A stretch of DNA of 64,000 nucleotides from Octopus vulgaris. Its lineage: Eukaryota. Under the pieces are notes generated by a model. That model did not search any database, had not been told where the DNA came from, and worked only from the letters and a program-made list of their open reading frames with translations. This document shows positions 54,630-64,000 of the stretch, in pieces. Position 1 is the first letter of the stretch; each line of letters begins with the position of its first letter. Location of the stretch: the NCBI GenBank assembly GCA_951406725.2, contig OX597818.1:142166001-142230000 (forward strand), in the 5' to 3' direction. Made by a program: the position numbers and the translations under genes.

Positions 54630-54749
54630 ATGCCCAAATATGCCCAAATATATGCCCATAGTGCCCAAATATATGCCCATAGTGCCCAAATATATGCCCA
54701 TAGTGCCCAAATATATGCCCATAGTGCCCAAATATATGCCCATAGTGCC
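54630..54749. repeat. 21-bp minisatellite, about 5 units
   Basis: aatatatgcccatagtgccca repeated, emerging from a TA/CA-rich tract. Confidence 0.95.
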
Positions 54750-55520
54750 AAATTCTGACTTGAAAGACTTCACCAGGTGGTGCTATTAAGTTAGACATGG
54801 CCTGGGCCAATAATGGCCGAAACCTATCAAAGTATCAAAGTATACATACAAATATATATATACATAAATATATACATACGTACACATACATACATACATA
54901 CACACATACATACATTCATACATGAGTAAGTGGATAAATGAAAGAAGGGCACTCAACAAATTTACTGTGAGTTACATGTATGGACCAAAACAGTTTGATT
55001 CAAATTCATCATTTGTTGGTACTCTTGAGTTTCAAGCATGATGCTAGTCATCAGCCACTTTGTATATATATATATATATATATACACACACATTGTTGAG
55101 CAGATCTATGACCAAAAGCATTACAGCCATGACCATCCCATCTCATCTTGTTTTTACTCATACATGGGGTACTGAGGCTCATAACCAATTATTCAGCATA
55201 AAATTTTTAAGGACATTGGAGTGTAATTCAAGGTAGATTTGGCTGTTAAATCTAGCAAGTCAAGTGACTTTATAGTGACTCTTTTATTGACTGTTGTGGC
55301 TGTTATAGGTGGTGGTGGAGGTAAAATGAGGGTATTTATAATGATAAAAGAAAGAGTAATGTAAAAGAAACACTAATGCAAAACATAGAATTAAGATTTT
55401 TGCTTTTACACACAGAAAAAAAAGGATGTTCTATGGAGACAGAGGGAGACAAATGAAAGGATGGTGATGATGATGGTGGTGGTGGTGGATAGTTAATTAT
55501 ACAGCTTAATGAATGATTTG

Positions 55521-55587
55521 TCATTTGTTTTTTGTTTTGGTGTCTTCTAGTTCAGCTTGTATCTGCTTCACCCCTTCACTGATTGAC
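55521..55587 (-). CDS. Candidate nested small ORF, terminal coding exon
   Basis: ttaatttctcatcag|G TCA...; (R)SISEGVKQIQAELEDTKTKNK*; phase-compatible with the 59503 donor; AATAAA on the minus strand at 55283-55288. Confidence 0.3.
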
Positions 55588-56867
55588 CTGATGAGAAATT
55601 AACATAAACGAACAGAAATCAATAAGATTTTACCCTTTCTTTTTATCTATCTCTCTCTCTACTGTTCTTATCTAGATACAGGTAAATAGATAGCTGCATA
55701 GATAAAGACTCTGTTATCTGTCTGTCTGTCTACCTATCACTATAAAACTGTCTGCCTATATATATATATATATATATTATATTAAATTAGAGATAAAACC
55801 ACTATTAGGCAAATCAAACAGTGAAAAACATAAGCCAATACATAAAATTAATTTAAAAATATAAAAGTTAAACATAAAAAAATTATTTAAATAATTTAAA
55901 CTTATAAATTTTATATATATATACAAATATATATATATATGTATGTATGTATATTTTTATATTTATATATTATTTTATTTATTAATTTATTTATTTATTT
56001 ATTATATATATATATATATATGTGTTTATCAACCTGTCTGCCTACCTATCTAAATATTTCCTTTCAATCTAGCTTTTTCCTTCGTTTTTTTTTTTTTTGC
56101 ACAGACACATACATGCACTCATATGCACACACATACACATAAATAATACTCTCTCTCTCTCTCTCGCTCTCTCACTCATTCACTCCTTCTACTATATTCT
56201 CACCCTGTCTGTTTCTCCTTTCCTCCCACTGTCACCAATTTGTTGCTCATTTTCCCATCATTTATTGAATCAAGAAAACTACTGGTCGGGTCTTCTAATA
56301 TCCTCCTATCCCATAATGCCCTTTATCCTCACTTCCTGTCAACCATGTTGATTTATTTATTTTTAAATTTCCTTTTTCTCTCAAAATTATTTGTTTTGTC
56401 TTGGTTTGGAATTATTTTATGTTGACAGTAATTTATTATCATCCGTTGCCAGGGGTGATATAAGACTAGGATGTTGTGAGGTTGTCATGATGTTCCCCAT
56501 TGTACAAAGCCATGAAACATTTAATATCAAAATTTGTAAACAAGTATTGAAATGTCACAGGATTTCATAACTTAGGTAAATAAGGTTATGAGAGAGCCAG
56601 CCACTTCATGGTTGCTCTATCTGGTAGAAATAGCAGCCGCAATACCTCAGATTATATCCAGTCGATTTACAAAACAGAACACATTGAATAATGTAATCTA
56701 TGGTAATGATGAACATTGGTGGTGATGACTATGGTGATGGCTGTAGTGATGAGGACTATGATGAAGGTGGCGGCAGTGATGATGGCGATGATAATGATGA
56801 TAATGACAATGATGACAGTAGCAACAATGACTGGCGACAATGACAATGGTAGTGGTAGTGGTGGTGA

Positions 56868-56901
<34 letters not shown>

Positions 56902-57915
56902 GGTGGTGGTGGTGGTGATGATGACAACGATGACAATGGTGATGATAATAGTAACAAAGAAGATAATGACAGTAATTTTGATGATGATAATGATGGCATT
57001 ACTAATAACGATAAATCTAATGAAATAAATCAAAGCAAAACAAGTCACCATCATCATCATCAACAATTAACATTGACTTTCCATGCTAGCATGGGTTGGA
57101 TGATTTGACTGAGGAATGGCAAACCAGATGGTTGCACCAGGCTCCAATCTGATCTGACAGAGTTTCTACAGCTGGATGCCCTTCCTAACGCCAACCACTC
57201 CGTGAGTGTAGTGGGTGCTTTTACGTGCCACCGGCACGAGGGCCAGTCAGGCAGTACTGGCAACAGTCACGCTCGAATGTTTTTCACGTGCCACCGGCAC
57301 AAGTGCCAGTGAAGTGACGCTGGTAACAATCACGTTTGTCTACTGAATGCTACAAACACATTATAACTAACCATAACTGTCTGTCAGTTGTGTAGCATTA
57401 TAGAAACAATGACTCTTACTACATGTGACAGTTATGATTGTCACAGCAAAGACACAGTGAGACAATGCTGTGACACGTCATAATTGGTTATGATTGTTTA
57501 TCAAGTGTGCAGCATTATTGAAAAGAATAACTGTACTAGCTGTGGCAGCTACATAGCTATGACTGTCACAACAAAGTCTGTGAGACAATAATTCTATGAT
57601 ACATAGACATACATCTTCTTCAATAACTGTATCGGAGCATTTGAGATGACAGCATTCAAGAGAGGATGTCAACAACCGTTTGCATGTGTATGGGGGGGGG
57701 GTTGGGGGGTGGAGGGCGGGGGTGGGGCCTTGTCATTATTACCATTGTCATTGACATCAGTGTTATCATCAATTAAAAGGTGTATGCATCATCATGTAAT
57801 TATCATTATCATCATCAGCAGCAGCCACTTCACCCCGCCCATCTCCATCGCTGTCACCATCATCAGCGAACATCATCTCCATCACCACCACCACCACCAC
57901 CACTACCACCACCAC

Positions 57916-58290
57916 TACTGCAATTTCTTCAACATCAGTACCACTAGTCTCATCACCACAACCACCACTACCACCACTACTGCAATTTCTTCAACATCAG
58001 TACCACTAGCCTCATCACTACAACCATCACCACCACCACCACTACCACCACCACTACTGCAATTTCTTCAACATCAGTACCACTAGCCTCATCACCACAA
58101 CCACCACCACCACCACTACCACCACCACTACCACCACCACTACTGCAATTTCTTCAACATCAGTACCACTAGCCTCATCACCACAACCACCACCACCACC
58201 ACCACCACCACCACCACTACTGCAATTTCTTCAACATCAGTACCACTAGCCTCATCACTACAACCATCACCACCACCACCACCACCACCA
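57916..58290. repeat. Compound minisatellite, 5 units: fixed core plus variable (CCA)n
   Basis: tactgcaatttcttcaacatcagtaccactagcctcatcac repeated five times. Confidence 0.9.
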
Positions 58291-58619
58291 CCGTCATTAG
58301 TTTACCTACCACCACTACCATTACTTCCACTACCACCCTGACATCCCTGCCGCCACCACTTAACATCACTACTATCACAGCCACACCCCTTCACCCGTCA
58401 CCCCACATGTAATGCTTACTCTACGGTAACCTCCCCCCCACCACCACCACCTTCATTCGACAAACACCTTTGTACACAGTTTGCACTTTAGGTCTGAGGA
58501 AAAGTGGGAGTCAAAGTGCATTACATTGCTACGCATTGTGTGCAGCAAGCAGTGCATTTAGACGTAACATCAAACACATTCTTGTCCCTACACATCATCA
58601 TCATCATCATCAGCATCAT

Positions 58620-58653
58620 CATCATCAACATTTACATGTATCACTATCATCAC

Positions 58654-58685
<32 letters not shown>

Positions 58686-58711
58686 ACATTTACATGTATC
58701 ACTATCATCAC

Positions 58712-58750
<39 letters not shown>

Positions 58751-58771
58751 TTACATGTATCACTATCATCA

Positions 58772-58802
<31 letters not shown>

Positions 58803-58830
58803 CATTTACATGTATCACCACCACCACCAC
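58620..58830. repeat. Compound minisatellite, 4 units: fixed core plus variable (CAT)n
   Basis: catttacatgtatcactatcatcaccatc repeated. Confidence 0.9.
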
Positions 58831-59047
58831 CACCGCCATCCACATTCACATCCATCATCATCATCATCATCATTATAGTCACCATCATCTTGTTGGCAGT
58901 AGTTTCTATTGTCGTTGATCTTGCTTTCGTTGCTGTTGTTGTTGCTGTTGTTGTTGTTTTTAGTACTACTTTTGCTTTGTTACATAGTTATTGTTGTTTT
59001 TTTCACAAATGTCATTGATACTATTTTTGCTGGAGTTGTTAACTTAT

Positions 59048-59106
59048 GTAGTAGTAGTAGTAGTAGTAGCAGCAGAAATGGCAGCAGTGGTGGGGGTGGT
59101 AGTAAG

Positions 59107-59176
<70 letters not shown>

Positions 59177-59205
59177 CAGCAGCAGCAGCAGTAATAGTGG
59201 CAGAG

Positions 59206-59257
<52 letters not shown>

Positions 59258-59343
59258 CAGCAGCAGCAGAAGTGGCAGCAGCAGTGGGGGTAGTAGTAGT
59301 AGTTGTTGTAGTAGTAGTAGTAGTAGTAATAGTAGTAGTAGTG

Positions 59344-59393
<50 letters not shown>

Positions 59394-59411
59394 CATATTA
59401 GCAGCAGTAGC

Positions 59412-59451
<40 letters not shown>

Positions 59452-59452
59452 A
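59048..59452. repeat. (GTA)n/(GCA)n microsatellite
   Basis: Direct reading. Confidence 0.98.
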
Positions 59453-59502
59453 TTAACATCATTGGTGTTTTAACAATTAGTAGTAGTAATCTAACATGTT
59501 AC

Positions 59503-59597
59503 CTGAATATGTCATTAAGATCACCTTTAGAAAATATTTCTTTATAATTTTTACCATTTTTTTCCCCTCTCCCCACTAGTGTTTCCCATTCTGTCAT
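59503..59597 (-). CDS. Candidate nested small ORF, coding exon 1 (exon possibly 59503-59686)
   Basis: ATG at 59597, MTEWETLVGRGEKNGKNYKEIFSKGDLNDIF + AG|gtaac donor; upstream ctttcag acceptor before 59686. No homology recognised. Confidence 0.3.
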
Positions 59598-60145
59598 TGT
59601 TAACCCATTCACTATGTCATTGTGAACAACACGTTGCTGTTGTTGTTGCTGCTGCTGCTGTTGTCATTAAAAATTTCAAAGAACATCTGAAAGAATTGTG
59701 TGTTTAAAGTGGTTATGCAATCTAATTCTTCTGATTTCTTCTGTTTAGAGAAAGAATTTCAAGACTTTCTTATGAAATGAACACAAATCACTGCCTAGAC
59801 CGTTTTTTTCTTTTTTTGTTACTGTTTTTGTTTGTGTTTTTTTCAATGATTTTGTTGTGTCATTGTTCATACAGAGATTACAGTTTATGGAATTGGATAA
59901 TTTTTCATTCGGTTATGGTGGTGGTGGTGGTGGTGGTGGTGAATAAGCCAAGGTGCCACTTGAGAGTTATGGTTGTCATCATCATTAACTTAATTATACC
60001 TCTGAGAGAGAGCTCTGTGGTTTAATCACAGGGCTGATTAACACATCAAAGTTGAATTTTATATTTATTAAACATGTTAACTTATTAATTATTTAGTTAT
60101 AATAATATAGTGCCAGTAAATGTATAGATATGCAAATGAGTACAC

Positions 60146-60211
<66 letters not shown>

Positions 60212-60360
60212 ATATTTTAACATCTGTTTTCCATGCTGGCATGGGTTGGACAGTTTGACAAGAGCTGGCAAACCAGATGGCGGCACCATGCTCCAGTCTG
60301 ATCTGGCTTGGTTTCTATGAGTAAATGCTTTTCCTACCATCAACCAGTAGAGCTTTTTAC

Positions 60361-60580
60361 ATGGCACCAGCACAGGTGTATTTGCATAGCACCAGCACAG
60401 GTGCTGTTACATGGCATCAGCGCAGGTGCATTTGCATAGCACTAGCACAGGTGCTGTTACATGGCATCAGCACAGGTGTATTTGCATAGCACTAGCACAG
60501 GTGCTGTTACATGGCACCAGCACAGGTGCATTTGCATAGCACTAGCACAGGTGCTGTTACATGGCGTCAGCACAGGTGCT
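60361..60580. repeat. 50-bp minisatellite (dimer of related subunits), about 4.4 units
   Basis: atggcaccagcacaggtgtatttgcatagcaccagcacaggtgctgttac at 60361, 60411, 60461, 60511; lies inside an RTE 3'-end element. Confidence 0.92.
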
Positions 60581-61331
60581 TTTTTTATGTGGCACCCACA
60601 TAGGTGCCTTTTTATGTGGCACCAACACAATCAGTACCTATTGCTCATTGCATTCTTTGTAAATATTTCTGAGCTGCTTGATCTTTCTGTAGGACAAACA
60701 TGGGTAGATACTATTGTGTGTGCGAAATTTGTCCCAAGAATCTTGCTTAGAATATAAATCATCATCATCATCATCATCGTTTAGCGTCCGCTTTCCATGC
60801 TGGCATGGGTTGGACGGTGCAACTGGGGTCTGGGAAGCCAGAAGGCTGCACCAGGCCCAGTCTCATCTGGCAATGTTTCTATGGCTGGATGCCCTTCCTA
60901 ACGCCTACCACTCCATGAGTGTAGTGGGTGATTTTTACGTGCCACCAGCACAGGTGCCAGACGAGGCTGGCAAACGGCCACAAGTGGATGGTGCTTTTTC
61001 CGTAACGAAATAAATAAATGAAGAAATAAAGAAAATAAGTGGTCCATCAATTGCCAAATGACTGTTGAAAGTGTTTGTTAAAAATTGCAGCTATGTATCA
61101 TACTTCTCACCCAGTGAAAGTCAACTTGGTTCATCATAATTTCACCTGTATAGGTCAACCTGGTTCAGAAAGAATAAGAGAGAAAGAGAGAGAGGGGGGG
61201 GAGATGGAGGGTGAGAGAGAGAGGAAAGAAGATGGAAGGGGAGAGAGAGAGAGAGAAAAGAGGAAGGAAGAGAGGATATTTTATTGGCTGCTTTTACAAA
61301 GTCATTTCTTTAAATTGTCATTGTCATCCAT

Positions 61332-61390
<59 letters not shown>

Positions 61391-61519
61391 GGTGGTGGTG
61401 GTGGTGGTGGTGGTGGTGGTGGTCTGCATTTCTTGTAGACATAGACTTCAAGATGGTAAGTGTGCACAAAGGAGGTTGACAATTTCAAGATGTGTGTTGT
61501 TATGAAGAGCAAAGAAGCT

Positions 61520-62087
<568 letters not shown>

Positions 62088-62696
62088 AGGGTATAAAAGA
62101 GAAGTTGTAGGGTATTGTGCAGTGACAGGTAAGAGATGAGGTGGGAAGGACCACACACCCTCCTTCCTCCCCCTAATCCAGTTTTCCCCACCCTCCACCA
62201 TCCTGTTTCAAGATAGTGATTTATGAAGAGTTAAGGAATGACATGCACAAACAGATGCAACATAATGGGAATAAATGAGATGGTGAAATAGGGGTGGGTG
62301 GGGTGGCAGTTAAGATGAAGATGAGCATGAGTAAATGTTGGTGTTGGTAGTGGTTGTGGTGGTACTGTTTGAGAGACAGACAGACAGAGCAGGGTGGTTA
62401 CAGATAGGCCTGAAAGTGGTGGTGTTAGTAGTGGTTATAATGGAGGTAGTAATGGTTGAGAGCGAGCGGGGCGTGGGGGAGTAAATATGGGCAGACCACC
62501 ACACTCCACCCCACCCCACCCCCGTGGTGGAAGTGGTATTAGTGAGGATGGTGAGCTTTAACATGACAGTGGTGGTGGTGGTGGTGGTGGTGGTGGTGGT
62601 GGCAGCTTAGGAGAAAGTTAAATGACTCAAAAATATTACAGAAGAATGTGGCAAGAAAAGAAAATATATTGTCTCGGAGCAGGAATGACTCAACCA

Positions 62697-62756
<60 letters not shown>

Positions 62757-63170
62757 ATTGCATATGTTGTATGTGTGTGCACATTCATGTACATGTATAT
62801 ATGTGTACAGAGCATATGCATGTATGCATGTATGTATGTATGTATGTATGTATGTATGTATGTATGTATGTATGTATGTATGTATGTATGTATTTATGTA
62901 TGTGTATTGAGTGCATGCATGTATAGATGTGTATACAGCTTATGTGAGTGTGTGCATATATAAGTGTGTGTGTGTGTGTGTGTTTGTGTGTCTACGGAGT
63001 GTGTGTAATATAACCAGCCAGCCAGCCAGTTAGCTTGTCAGACAAACAGACAGAGACACAAATAGACTGATACGCAGACAGATAGGTAAATAGATAGACA
63101 GACAGACAGTATTAGAATTTTAAAAAGATATAAACAAAACATATGTCTACATGCACACGTGTGTGTGTGT

Positions 63171-63201
<31 letters not shown>

Positions 63202-63509
63202 CATGAGCATCCATTTATTTGTTCAACTGAACCATTATCATCCCACTCTTTATGTAATCCACAGCATGACACACTATGTCACAAAGCAGGGCCTATAAAT
63301 TACAAGCACAACACAATACAGTAGGCTTCCACACAGTTTCCATCAAGCAATTTTACTTCTAAGGCTTTGAGTTGATCCAAGGCTGTAATAAAAGGCACCT
63401 CCCCAAGAAGCCATGCACTGAGATTGACCCCAGAACCTCATGGTTGTGCAGCAAACTTCTTCAGCAGTTGGCCCATGTCTACATGTTTCATTTATATTAA
63501 AACTGGCAT

Positions 63510-63830
63510 TTCATCAGTTACGAAGACAAGGGTTCCAATTGATCCGATCAACGGAACAACCTGCTCGTAAAATTAACATGCAAGTGGTTGAGCACTCCAC
63601 GGACATGTGTACCCTTAACGTAGTTCTCAAGGAGATTCAGTGTGACACAGAGTGTGACAAGGCTGGCCCTTTGAAATACATGTACAACTCATTTTTGCCA
63701 GCTGAGTCGATGGGGGCAATGTGAAATAAAGTGTCTTGCTCAAGGACACTATGCATCACTGGGAATTGAACTCATGACCCAAAGATTGTAAGCAGAATAT
63801 CCTAACTACTAAGCCACACATCTTCACAAT
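63510..63830 (-). mobile_element. Further tRNA-derived SINE family (related copy about 4790-5030)
   Basis: Shared gatcaacggaacaacctgctcgtaaaattaacatgca...gtgaaataaagtgtcttgctcaag; tRNA-like head at the right end. Confidence 0.7.
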
Positions 63831-64000
63831 TTATGTATACACACACACATATATATATATAATTATGGAGATGTACTTGCATAGCAAGTGACTTGATCTG
63901 AGGTCGTGTGCTGAAACAAAAGCAATTGCAGCAAGGAAGATGATTGTAAGCCATTTAGGAACACACAAAAACAAATAAATAATATGGGTGGCTAATTCGC

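Overview
Eukaryotic, AT-rich, microsatellite- and transposon-dense genomic DNA. The repeat families are the kind I associate with octopus/coleoid cephalopod genomes (recognition from memory, not a database result). The only well-supported protein-coding content is eight short minus-strand exons (45634 down to 2177) that splice in phase into the DH (RhoGEF) and first PH domain of an FGD1-4-like Cdc42 GEF; only one of them appears in the ORF track. Both ends of the gene lie outside the window. The introns hold tRNA-derived SINEs, RTE, RTE-X and R4/Dong LINE fragments, mariner, maT, Tigger, hAT and piggyBac derivatives, two Helitrons, minisatellites and long simple repeats. Items worth follow-up: a candidate two-exon 53-aa microprotein nested in the upstream intron, several degenerate hammerhead-ribozyme-like motifs, several near-perfect long hairpins, a fold-back mariner, a LINE 3' region that repeatedly seeds different minisatellites, and a possible missing 9-nt microexon. 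Repeat boundaries are approximate unless TIRs or TSDs are quoted.
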